Positions 48,214 to 59,620 of a stretch of 64,000 nt of DNA are shown one piece after another. The DNA is taken from contig CATNEN010000030.1 in the NCBI GenBank assembly GCA_950097015.1, positions 372,001 through 436,000 on the forward strand. The letters are read 5' to 3'. The translations under genes were made by a program, and so were the position numbers. Within the stretch, counting starts at the first letter, position 1. The number at the start of each line of letters is the position of its first letter. Below the pieces are notes generated by a model. It did not search any database. It was not told the DNA's origin and worked only from the letters and a program-made list of their open reading frames with translations. The stretch is from Macrostomum hystrix (taxonomy: Eukaryota > Animalia > Platyhelminthes).

Positions 48214-49494
48214 GTGAGACGCAGACAAGGTTTGTGAAAGGTGGCGTGTTTCTTCTGAATTCTTGGTAGACACTTTGTATGCCTGAGATGGGGTGGGTGA
48301 CCAGGTGAGTGGCTCGAACAAGCGGAGTAGGGGGAGGGGAGGTTCAGGAAGAAATTTCCCACCTGAGTTAAAAGTATAGAAAAGCCACAATATGCGAAGG
48401 CGTAGCTACCTGGCAGCTGGGCTGCCTGCTCCCTGTTAGCCTTCTTGGCAATCTTATCCGCAGCCGCCTTCCTACCCGTCCGTTTCCGCGCTCAGCTTCA
48501 CGTATCTGCTTGTACCCCTCTAGTTCACGCGCAAATCCTCAGTTGCGAACCGCTCAGCTCAGCCCATTGTTCGTCGCACAAGAGGAGCAGAGCCGAGCGG
48601 CAGCATGCTTGTCTCCTGCTTTCTTTAGCTCCGCTCTCAAGGCTTCGGGCAGCTTTTCAACCGGTCTCTAGTTTTCTACAAGGCGTATTTCATCTATCTT
48701 GTTGAGCAGCACTCGGTTTAACTAATCTGCGCTCACAAGCATTCTCGTGTGCTCAGCCGCATTCAAGTTGTACAATGCGAGAAGAGATGCAGACTTGAGC
48801 ACGAGTAGGACAAAGGATTTCCTTTTATTCAGCTCTAAGATTCCTTTCTTATGCTCTCGAATTGCCAAGGCCGTCAGGTCGACGGCTGTCTTGATCTTTA
48901 AAGTATCAGCGAAGTAGCGAATACAAGACTGCTATGGAGTGCAGGAGGAAGCTGGGACAGCAGCTCTTGATACTTCTCTAGCGAGGCCGGATGGCGAATT
49001 AGGGAGCAAAAATGTAGATTCAAGCCTTGCTAGTGCATCTAATGGTTCACCAATACATTGTATGGGTCTTGAATTATAATGCGGGAATCGCTGAAAACTG
49101 CTCGCGTTATCTCGGGGCCATTGTTGACTCTGGCTCAGCAGCAGCTGGCCACGCATCGTGGTTTGATACCAAACAACTAGAACAAACGTACTTTTGCGCA
49201 CAGCCAACAGACTAGTGTGCGATTGAATAGCAAATTAGGAAGCGGAATCCATCTAGCTATAATAAGGCAACTTTAATAGGCCTTTGAATAAAGAGGAGTG
49301 CAGTTTATAGAGAGGCAAAATGTTTTATTGTGCATTCAAAACCCAGCACCTCGTTAAAGGCTATTCGCAATACCAAGCGAGCATCTTTACGCCTTCTCAG
49401 CTGCTAAATGAGATTTAACCATAATCCTTATCCGTTTTGTCTCCCAATGTGTTTCTGAATCCAATGTACGCCACCCACCTTTTCGCCACTGTAG

Positions 49495-50698
49495 GACATT
49501 GTCCAGGAGCGGCACCGCTGCTATCAAAGGCGGGCTGGTTGCCCTGGAGATGAGCCTTGCTGGTCTCATAGCGCTGTTCGGTATCAGCGGCAATATCCTC
49601 ACCATTCGGGTGCTGCGGGTGCCGAACCTTCGAAAGACCAGCACGGCCTTCTACTTCACAGTCCTGGCCGCTGTGGACATCCTGGTACTGCTGATCGGCC
49701 CTTCAACTAAGGCCTTGGCTGCCGCCATTTACGCCAACGAGCGCCAATTTCGAGACACGCATGTGATCATGTGCAAGTTCCACATGTTTTTTAACTATTC
49801 TGTGACACAAATCAGCGCCTGGATACTAGTTGCCGTGACCATCGATCGCATGGTGTGGGTGGTCTGCCCATTCAAGGCGCGACAGTTCTGCACAATCAGA
49901 CGGGCCACTGTGGTCACTGCTCTGATCATTTTTCTGGTTAGCCTGATCAACTGCCGCCATCCATGGTACATAACCCTGATGGAAAAATACAACCAGACTC
50001 ATTGCACAACAAATGACGATTTTATTAAGAACACGTACGTGAAGTACGTCGATCCAGCTCTGGTGACCATCGGCCCATTTCTGGTAATGTTCATTGCCAA
50101 CCTGCTCATCATTCGGAAGCTGCACCAGGTCAAGGCTAAACGCGAGAAGAATCTCCACAAGGCGCCGGACAAGAGGCGGAAGGACGGCAGCAACCTCACC
50201 AAGATGCTACTGTGCACCAGCATATTCTACCTGATGTCCTCGCTGCCCTACCTCATCTTGACGCTGGTATTGAAAGAGAAAAGAAGCGCCATACTGAAGC
50301 AAGACCCGCTGCTTCTAAATCTAGTTTACCTGATCCAGGCGCTAAGCTACAGCATGTTTAATCTAAACTATGCCATCCACTTCCTGCTGTATTGCCTTGC
50401 CGGACCAGCCTTCAAGGCGGAGGCGTTCCGCCTTCTCAGAATCCGCCCAAGAAGAGGCAACGAGCGCAAAGGTCGCGGAGGCGGCGACGGCGGTGGTGGC
50501 AAAGGCGGCGGCGACGCCAACGGTGGAGCCTCCGGCACCACGGCAGCCGGTGAAAAGCTTGCAGACGGCGGCGACAAAATCATGGAGGAGTCTGTTGAGC
50601 GGCCCGACATTCACGCCATTCCGGAAGGCAACGCGGAAGAGGCCGTTGAGCTGCTTGAGGAGCCGCCGAGGTTGACCCAGGCCAGCGCTCTTGTATAG
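49495..50698 (+). CDS. Class A orphan GPCR, FMRFamide/peptide-receptor-like; all 7 TM in one exon
   Basis: GNILTIRV, TSTAFYFTVLAAVD, CKFH, SAWILVAVTIDRMVWVVCPF, PFLVMFIAN, LTKML, NYAIHFLLYC; no in-frame ATG upstream of TM1, tgtag acceptor at 49494. Confidence 0.92.
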
Positions 50699-52134
50699 AG
50701 CTCCTGTACCCAGACATAGCGGGTAGCAGACTACTAGAGTGAAGTCGCATAGTGAAGTCGTGTTTCCTTGGATATCGTTTCATCGCTCATTTGTGAAGCT
50801 TATATTTTCTTTTTAATGCGCACTGATATCATTATCGATTTCTATGCAACTAATCTTACTACCACCTACCTGAGTGCACGAATGCACTAGACTGGCCTCA
50901 CTCCACACACACACGCACACGCACACACACACATGTCAGCGATTGAGCATTCTTCACAAAGAGATCGAATGCTAAAACGGATTATTCATTCGAGATTAAT
51001 ACGAGTAAATACCCAGCTTGTTTTTTCTGGACTCTGATTATCAACGCACATACTCAACAACTCAACTATCCGCAGCTTTATTTGACAAAAATATTTTTTT
51101 AAAACGTAGCTTACCGTGATTTTATTTCGCTTCTCAGTAAACGTCTGCTAAATTTCGAAGTCGTATCGTAACAAGCTCCGACAACTTTTAGCTGACATGC
51201 AAAGCGCCGGCTATTCAAACTCTATTATTCCATTCTTCAGAACTAACGATGCTGCACCTAAATGTTGTGATTATTCTCTCATGTAAGCGGTTAGCATATT
51301 TGAATATTACGAGGTTCAGGTTGTTGGTCTTCTGGATGTTTGCTGGTGTTAAAGTCTTGATAGCTTTGGACTTCTGATTGAAAGGGAAAGGTTGGGAGTT
51401 CTGCCTAATCATTTTTGCAAAGAAATTTGTGTCCTTGACTTAATTATCCAGTGCTTCATTTCACCCTGTCGTAAATTTTACTTGGACATTTTGATTTGGT
51501 TGGTGTAGCGGTGTGGTGTGGTTGCCCCACAGTCTGGACTGAACGCGATAGCAGTTGCGCCACTGGCTGTAAAAATATTCCTCTATTTCAATCTGTTGAA
51601 GTTTTACTATTGTTTCTAGGTTAGCCCTGTTCAGGCTGTTTAATGTTCAAGCTTCTGAGGTCATTCAATTTTATTTGATCGAAATTTGTCTAATTCGTGG
51701 AAAATTGGAAAATTTATGCCCGAGTCGCAATATAAGCATCCTTATATCGATTTTCTAACTCACTTATACTTAAGTAAGTATTTCTACATGAGTCTTATTT
51801 GTATTTCTCTGAGTGTTTATCGGTTAACTATTTCTATGTACTGAGCTGCGAGTTCTGTAGCCCAGAAATATATTCTTAGAGTCAGATCTCATCACAAGTC
51901 CAGCAAAATTGGCGCGTTCGATATTTTTTTCCAATCAGATGGTCAGTCATAGTCTGCGAACTCGATACACGGCTGTTCCGCTTTGGTTTTTCTTGTTTTG
52001 TGTGACATATTTAGTTGCAGGGAATAGTTTAGTTGTACTCGTAGTTCATGGCTTGTTGTTCAAAATAAACAAGAGTAGTAGTTCATCAAAAAATACTTTC
52101 AATGATGACAACTTGGCAGGTTTATCTGGTAGAT

Positions 52135-52330
52135 AGTAGTTTGCTGTGCGTTATTTTGGTAGATGGTAGTTTGGTAAATGGTAGTTTGGTAGATTGTTAG
52201 TTTGGTAGATGGTTAGTTTGGTAGATGGTTAGTTTGGTAAATGGTAGTTTGGTAGATTGTTAGTTTGGTAGATGGTAGTTTGTAGATTGTAGTTTGATAG
52301 CTCTCGGTTTTTTGGTTAATGGTTTGATAG
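52135..52330. repeat. Degenerate 15-16-bp repeat (GGTAGTTTGGTAGAT)
   Basis: Direct reading. Confidence 0.8.
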
Positions 52331-54704
52331 GTTGTAGTTCAGCATAGGGTTATTTAGCATATGCATGGTAGTTTGGTAGATGAAATTTTGGAAACGGTAG
52401 ATAGTTTGTTAGAGTATTTTAACAGATGAAAAACATTATAAATTTCGGCAAATCATTTAGTCCTTGCTTTAAAACTTGTTGAGCTAATGCTCTACGAGTT
52501 ACGACCTATTTCACACTAGATCTTGCTTCCTAGGGTCAGCTAAACGACCCATGTGATTTAACATGGCTTGTGCACTATAATATATTTTAAATCTCAATAA
52601 TGCTAGCTCTATTTGAAATGAACATCTTTGCCCAAATGAACAGGTAAGGATTGCTCTCAGTTAGTAATAAGGGAGGAAGGAAAAGGGAAAGTTAAAAAAA
52701 GAATAGTGATTGCGGAGCTAAATGGTTAAATAGAGGGTAGGAGAGAAGCGTTTCTCGATTGCAGGATGAAGCTCTTTGTCTATTTTGCATGTCGAAAAAG
52801 AGGCCAACGTTGCGCTGTGCGGTTAGACGTTTTTCCAGTGCAAAGTTGCTAATCAGTGGCGTATTAGTTGCTAACTGATGCTATTCCGTTCAAGCAAAGT
52901 GAACATAATCGGCAGATGAACATTTAGAAAGGGCTCAAAATATGGCTAGCTCTTGGCAACTCTGAGACGTCGTGGTCGATTTCTTTGAAAATGAAGACAT
53001 CTGACGGGCTGACTGGCTCGAGCCCGGAGCTACATGTCGATCATCTTGTCACTCAGGCGTGACAGAACAGGCGTAGAAAAGCGCTGAAATCCGACTGAAG
53101 TGTCAACAGAAATGTTTCCACAGTAACAGCTGCCCTACGCTCTAAGAATTACAAGGTTGGAATTTTATGACGCAGATTAAAACAGTTCATGATGTGGCTT
53201 TTTTAGCGTCTACAGTTTCTGATTCAACTGGTCCTTAGTCGCTGTATTATGTACAGAGATTCTGCACCATGTGAGTGACATGTGAGATTCTATATACTTT
53301 CAGCCTCTGGTATCTATCCCAGTGTGAAGACGCGCTATAGATTTCGGATTAGCTCAGCTATTATCCTATGCTAGTGCCAGAATACTCACCTGTGACAATC
53401 GGGCACTGCAAGGTGAACAGATGACCTTTGACAAATAAACTTATTGTTGTTGATGTATTCATTATCAGGTAGATGAGAATAAATGCCGCTATTTTAGAAG
53501 AAGGCTACCTTAGCTTTTGAACTTCAGACAAGGGGATGGCAGGCTAGATTCGAAGTTAGTGCAGCGAGAGAGAGAAAGAGAAAACATAGATGAGTTGGGT
53601 AAAAAAGCGTCAGCATGAAGCGACGACTAGCAATGTTTGCAGAGTTTCCCTATTAATTAACGCTAGAAGAGAGTTTCTCCTTCCTCTCTTTCAACTCTGC
53701 CTTTTTCTGGCGAAGGCAGAGCTGTGCAGACCGTTTCCAGCCTAAGGAGCGGCAGAATGAAGGATAGAGAAGCACCGAGAGCAGCAGCTGGGAGGGACCC
53801 ATCGCGCGCGTCCGGTTTCTCCCAGGATCGATGTCCCGTGTTTTTGGAGGCCAGCAGAGGAGCCAGAAGCGGAGAATGACATTGGGGAGCGGTGCCGGGG
53901 TGTGGCTTGGATGTGGTTCTGCCCGGCGCTGTTGCTCCTATCGGCTAGCCACGATGCGGGCTTCAATTATCAATTCTCTCTCTATTTCCCGCTTCTCCAC
54001 TGCGCTGCTTGCGTGTTGTTGCGCCAGACTGCGTCTGCTGGCGGTGCGTGCTAAGGCAAAACTAAGATAAGGGATGAAGAGACGCAGGAATAAAGCAGTG
54101 TCGGCTGGTTTGTCTCATAGGCCCCGTTTGCGTCCGACGAGGACGCTGCGAATGTGAATTAGGACTGCCTCGATCGATAGCTGTCGTTTCTTTCAGCTTT
54201 CCTCTGTGATCCCTTTGTGCTAAAATCGGCGCCTCCCTCTTCCCGCTACCAGCTGCGGATCATCGAGCGCTGCATGTGAAAACTGATGCTGTTCTTTAGA
54301 CTGAGCAAAGCGGCTTCATCTGGATTTTGTACCGATCTTCGGCTCATTTATTTTCTCTGACGCGCCCATTTCGCGTCGGTTTTGCGTTATTCCTCCGGTG
54401 TAGTAGGAAAGGGTCTATTGGCTAGAAAAAACTGGCTTTAAGGTTTGTTGTGCATCCACTTACTTATAAAATACGAGTATGTTAATGTACGAGTAGGTAG
54501 AAGGTATGAGCAAGCTTTTGGGAAAATATTTCAGCATAATGAACAATCTGATCGAATATACACACAGGATGTCGTTCTCATTTGGTCCTTTATAAAGTGA
54601 ATAGTGGATTCTGGATTATGGAGACTGCGTAAATGTTTGTCCTTCATGCCTTCTATTAAAAAGAACAATAATACTCGTTGTTGATTACACCTACCTCATT
54701 TGTG

Positions 54705-54935
54705 CCAGATGTGCAGCTTACAGCACAGCCGCAGCTATTGTGCGGCGCATCTGAAGACTGCGTACGGCTGTTCAGTCCATGGACTGGGGTGATGCTACAC
54801 CCTAAAGCTAATGCTTAACAGCTGGGTGAACTGAAGCAATGCTGAGTTAAGTTTCATGCTAAATAACACAAATTGTTCCAGTAGAGTCGGAATCGAACCA
54901 CCGATCTTCAAGTCGAGTGTCCGACGCTTAAACTA
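54705..54935 (-). mobile_element. tRNA-derived SINE (second head type)
   Basis: Minus-strand GGTTCGATTCC B-box at ~54900; core CAGTCCATGGACTG; same tail as the 24.1 kb copy. Confidence 0.75.
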
Positions 54936-54974
54936 TCGGAAATATGAAGCTGCATGCTAAGTTTTCGCAATATT

Positions 54975-55090
54975 TAGCTCCCAATCCCTCCCTCCGCGGC
55001 TGTGCCCCAAATGAATGTGGCTTCGCCGCGGAATCGAGCTTAGGGACCTTCGTGCGAGAGGCAGACGCGTTAACCGCTCTGCCACTCATC
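54975..55090 (-). mobile_element. 5' part of tRNA-derived SINE (first head type) with intact A and B boxes
   Basis: Minus strand TGGCAGAGCGGTTAACGCGTCTGCCTCTCGCACGAAGGTCCCTAAGCTCGATTCC. Confidence 0.8.
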
Positions 55091-56538
55091 CCTGTCAGAT
55101 CTAATATCATAGGATTAAAAAGATTTGAATGTTGAAAGGCTTCCCATAGGAACAGAGTCAATAATTTATTGAAACGGCATGGCATACGGCATGCAAATCT
55201 AAGCAACTTTTGACATAACTTTCACCTTATCCGATGGCGGTTCTCAAATAATGTTCTCCGGTTCTGTGGTCTCCGGGCCGTTCGGTTATAAAACTGTCAG
55301 CCCTAAGGAAGATGGAAGCACCAGTCTAGGTCAAGGCGGCACACAGAAATCACTATCAAGTGAAAACCGGCCTAAAATTTATGCATGTGCTGGCTCAGTT
55401 TCAGGAGACAGTCGGAAAGAGATGATTCCGCTACTGAGACGGACTTAATTGCACCTACGACTTTGAGTTGAATGATCTCTCACTGTCGGTCTTCGCCCGG
55501 ATGCCATAATTTTCCTTCGAGCGCGCGACAAAAAAAGAACCACCGCCGAGCACAGATGAGCATGAGGCCCTAGCGCGATCTGCAATCCGCTTAATGGACT
55601 CCCGACAGCAGCTGTTGCAATGAACCCTCCATCTCACCCTGCCTGAGACTGGCTCCTCGCGTGCAATATAGCCGGATGGGGATAAGCGCAGTAGATTGTC
55701 AGTCATCCTAGCCCGGCGGGTGGATTCTCCTGAGCGTCTAGTCCGCAAACAGTGACAGCTGCGAAACTATCCACCACCCACCGCCCGTTTCATTCCTCCT
55801 CACACTGCGGGGTGGCTCCGCTTGTGGATAAGCGGTCTAAAGCGGATGCAGCAGCTCTGCTATTGCCATAGACGGAATGGAAGGAGAAAGTGGTGTGAGA
55901 TAGACATTGGTGCCATTCTGGCATTTTTTAAGCCCTACTTTCGCCTCCTTTTTAGCCTAGTTGAATTCCTGCTCATAAATTTTGAATGTACGAGGTCGCA
56001 GTACTGGACAGAACATAGGTGGACAATCACAAATGCGGGAAAAACTGTTTTAACAATTACTGGGAGTGAGGCGCGTGCAACTCTAACATTGTTTCTTAAT
56101 TGGCAATCGGACGCTCGCAGGTTCAGTGCATTCACAAGATCTCTACAAGAATCTGAGGCAAAGGAGACAATAAAGAGTCCAGTAAGATTGCTGCGCAGTT
56201 TGGAGAGGAGGCCAATTAGTGAAGGAGTTCCAGGTTGTGTTGGAACTCAACTGGGTCATGCTCAGTGGCCGCATGTTTTTTTAAATGCTATGCTTGGTTA
56301 CACAAATATGCAAACTGACACTCAAACCAAGCAGAAACCAAAACAAAGCTTTACCTTTAATAGTGCAAGACACTCAGCTCAAGAGCAGCCCTGAACTCAG
56401 TCTCAGCTGAGCTAAACCCGACATACTCATTCTCACTCCTTCGATCTGCCTTTCTGAAAAATTTCCCATCAGAAAAATTCGAAACGACCAGTGACCTATG
56501 ATATCTTTAGTTGTGGAAAACCAGTATGCTACTAAGTT

Positions 56539-56990
56539 GGGTCGGTGGCAGAGCGGTTAACGCGTTTGCCTCTCGCACCAAGGTCCCTAAGCTCGATTCC
56601 ACGGCGAGGCCACATTTATTTGGGGCGCAGCCGCGGAGAGAAGGCTTGGGGGCTTGTCGTGCAATTTACACCCTTGAGGGCCAACCTCCAAGGTACAATG
56701 AAACGTACACTGCCTGACGATGAGAAAGTCAGGGCAGATGTACACACCTGTGTGAGCGTATGCCTGCGTACAGTATCTGTGTGCGTGTGTGCTCAGGAGT
56801 CAGCGAAACGGGCAGTATTGACTCCAGCTGTAAATGGATGCCAGCATCTGCTGGGGGGTAGAAACTTTGGTGGGTGTGGCGACCTCCCCAGTCCACGGAC
56901 TGTACGCAGCCTCTAAAGGCGCGGCTGCGCCAGAGTTCATGTGGCCCAACTGGTAAAGTTTCTCCTCTCTCTATATTACTACTCAAAACC
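56539..56990 (+). mobile_element. Full-head tRNA-derived SINE, type-B tail
   Basis: A box TGGCAGAGCGG (~56546), B box GCTCGATTCC (~56591), body matching 31934-32345. Confidence 0.88.
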
Positions 56991-57005
56991 GGCCGAGATG
57001 CTCAC

Positions 57006-57354
57006 CGGGTTGACCTCATGCCGCTCCGATGGCAGCCGGGTGAGCCTCGCGGCCGCTGAGGCGGCGGCTCGCTTCTGCAGCCTCTTGCGGAGCGCAAAGA
57101 AGATGCTGATGTACAACGAGACAATGATCACAGCCGGTATGTACTCGTAGAAGCTGCCCAGAGCGCTGAACACAATGTAGCCTTTGTCGTCGGGCAGTTT
57201 GCACCGATCGACGGTGCGGTTGCTCCCGGCGGCTGCGCCTCTGGCGGCGCCCCAGCTGAGGACGGGCCCAACGCTGATGGCGCCGCTGAGGCCGAAGACG
57301 GCGGCGATCATGATCAGCACGGTGGTGGTCGTTCTCTTGCTGGCGTACATAATC
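57006..57354 (-). pseudogene. Partial duplicate of amine receptor exon 1 (TM4-TM5-start of ICL3)
   Basis: Matches 32370-32712 with 2 substitutions and a 6-bp insertion seen; lacks TM1-3 and exon 2. Confidence 0.9.
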
Positions 57355-57430
57355 CTCCTCGCTGGCTGCGGGTCTAGTGTCACTAATGTGCCACTGCCCG
57401 CAGCCCGCCTGAAATTATTATTATTATTAT
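57355..57430 (+). mobile_element. Type-A SINE tail with (ATT)n
   Basis: CTCCTCGCTGGCTGCGGGTCTAGTGTCAC matches ~16094-16122; followed by (ATT)n. Confidence 0.8.
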
Positions 57431-58134
57431 GGTACTACTAGTTCCCACTTGCTGAAACAGACACAAATGACATATTCTGGAGACTTTGTGCGACAGAACC
57501 GAGAGTAGGTTTGTCACAGTCTAGCGAGTCTTATATCTGCTCCACATACTATTCAACTAGACACATGTGAGCCCAACGGACATAATACTAGCTTGGTGAT
57601 TAAATGGACAGTGCGAGAAATCCCAGGTAGCTGGGAAAGAGCAACCAAGGTAGGAGAGATAAGCTGCCTCCTCGGGTCTTCTTTAGTCGGAGGGCAGCTG
57701 CGCTCCATCAAAGAAGTGATTTACGAAGATCCGCTCCTGGCGCGAGACCAAAGCCTCTTCTGATCATAATAATAATTTTATTGTCACCTGTCGCAAAATG
57801 CTAGCGAGCATGTGCAGAGCTGTGCTTTCCCAGTACCCATGTGCCGCTAACCTTTATCGCTATATTTCTCAATCCTCTGAAGGAAAAGCATATTTTTACT
57901 AACTTCTTGGGCGGCTTCCTTGATCCGTTTCGTAGAGAAAATTAGGGGACACTCAGTACGTTTAGCTGTTTTCCAGATTCCACCACTGTCACGACACGAT
58001 TAAATGCGCACGTAACTAGAAATGCTCTTGGCCAATGCGAAAGCTCAGCTGCTAGTTCAAGCAGTTATTCAGACCAGCCACTCGAACTCATTGTCAGGGA
58101 CTCGCAATGCCAACCACCTGACACGAACTTCATG

Positions 58135-59620
58135 TATCAGAGGACTAGCTCTTCCAGAGTACTAGCCCAGTCAGAGGACTAGATCTCTCAATGGACTAGC
58201 CCTGTCAGAGGACTAGATCTCTCAATGGACTAGCCCTGTCAGAGGACTAGATCTCTCAATGGACTAGCCTTGTTAGAGGACTAGCTCTGTCAGAGGACTA
58301 GGATTGTCAGAGGACTAAGATTGTCAGAGGACTAGGATTGTCAGAGGACTAGGATTGTCAGAGGACTAGCCCTGTCAGAGGAATAGGATTGTCAGAGGAC
58401 TAGGATTGTCAGAGGACTAGGATTGTCAGAGGACTAGCCTTGTTAGAGGACTAGCTCTGTCAGACGACTAGGATTGTCAGAGGACTAGCTCTGTCAGAGG
58501 ACTAGCCTTGTTAGAGGACTAGCCTTGTTAGAGGACTAGCTCTGTCAGACGACTAGGATTGTCAGAGGACTAGCTCTGTCAGAGGACTAGCCTTGTTAGA
58601 GGACTAGCCTTGTTAGAGGACTAGCCTTGTTAGAGGACTAGCCTTGTTAGAGGACTAGCCTTGTTAGAGGACTAGCTCTGTCAGACGACTAGGATTGTCA
58701 GAGGACTAGCTCTGTCAGAGGACTAGCCTTGTTAGAGGACTAGCCTTGTTAGAGGACTAGCTCTGTCAGACGACTAGGATTGTCAGAGGACTAGCTCTGT
58801 CAGAGGACTAGCCTTGTTAGAGGACTAGCTCTGTCAGACGACTAGGATTTTCAGAGGACTAGGATTGTCAGAGGACTAGCCCTGTCAGAGGAATAGGATT
58901 GTCAGAGGACTAGGATTGTCAGAGGACTAGGATTGTCAGAGGACTAGCCCTGTCAGAGGAATAGGATTGTCAGAGGACTAGGATTGTCAGAGGACTAGCT
59001 CTGTCAGAGGACTAGCCTTGTTAGAGGACTAGCTCTGTCAGACGACTAGGATTGTCAGAGGACTAGCTCTGTCAGAGGACTAGCCTTGTTAGAGGACTAG
59101 CTCTGTCAGACGACTAGGATTGTCAGAGGACTAGCTCTGTCAGAGGACTAGCCTTGTTAGAGGACTAGCTCTGTCAGACGACTAGGATTGTCAGAGGACT
59201 AGCTCTGTCAGAGGACTAGCCTTGTTAGAGGACTAGCTCTGTCAGACGACTAGGATTTTCAGAGGACTAGGATTGTCAGAGGACTAGGATTGTCAGAGGA
59301 CTAGGATTGTCAGAGGACTAGGATTTTCAGAGGACTAGGATTTTCAGAGGACTAGGATTGTCAGAGGACTAGGATTGTCAGAGGACTAGGATTGTCAGAG
59401 GACTAGGATTGTCAGAGGACTAGGATTGTCAGAGGACTAGGATTGTCAGAGGACTAGGATTGTCAGAGGACTAGGATTGTCAGAGGACTAGGATTGTCAG
59501 AGGACTAGGATTGTCAGAGGACTAGGATTGTCAGAGGACTAGGATTGTCAGAGGACTAAGATTGTCAGAGGACTAGCTCTGTCAGAGGACTAGCTCTGTC
59601 AGAGGACTAGGATTGTCATA
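58135..59620. repeat. 17-bp minisatellite (CAGAGGACTAGGATTGT)n with GCTCT/GCCTT variants
   Basis: ~85 copies. Confidence 0.98.

Noticed and set aside
55988-56000. TACGAGGTCG (and TACGAGGTTC at ~51308) as left TIRs of the CGAG-ended transposon
   Set aside because: No matching right end (CCTCGTA) or transposase found in the window.
56539-56610. tRNA gene
   Set aside because: A and B boxes are present, but the sequence continues into a multi-copy SINE body without a convincing acceptor stem; the same applies at 21.7, 23.9, 54.9 and 55.0 kb.
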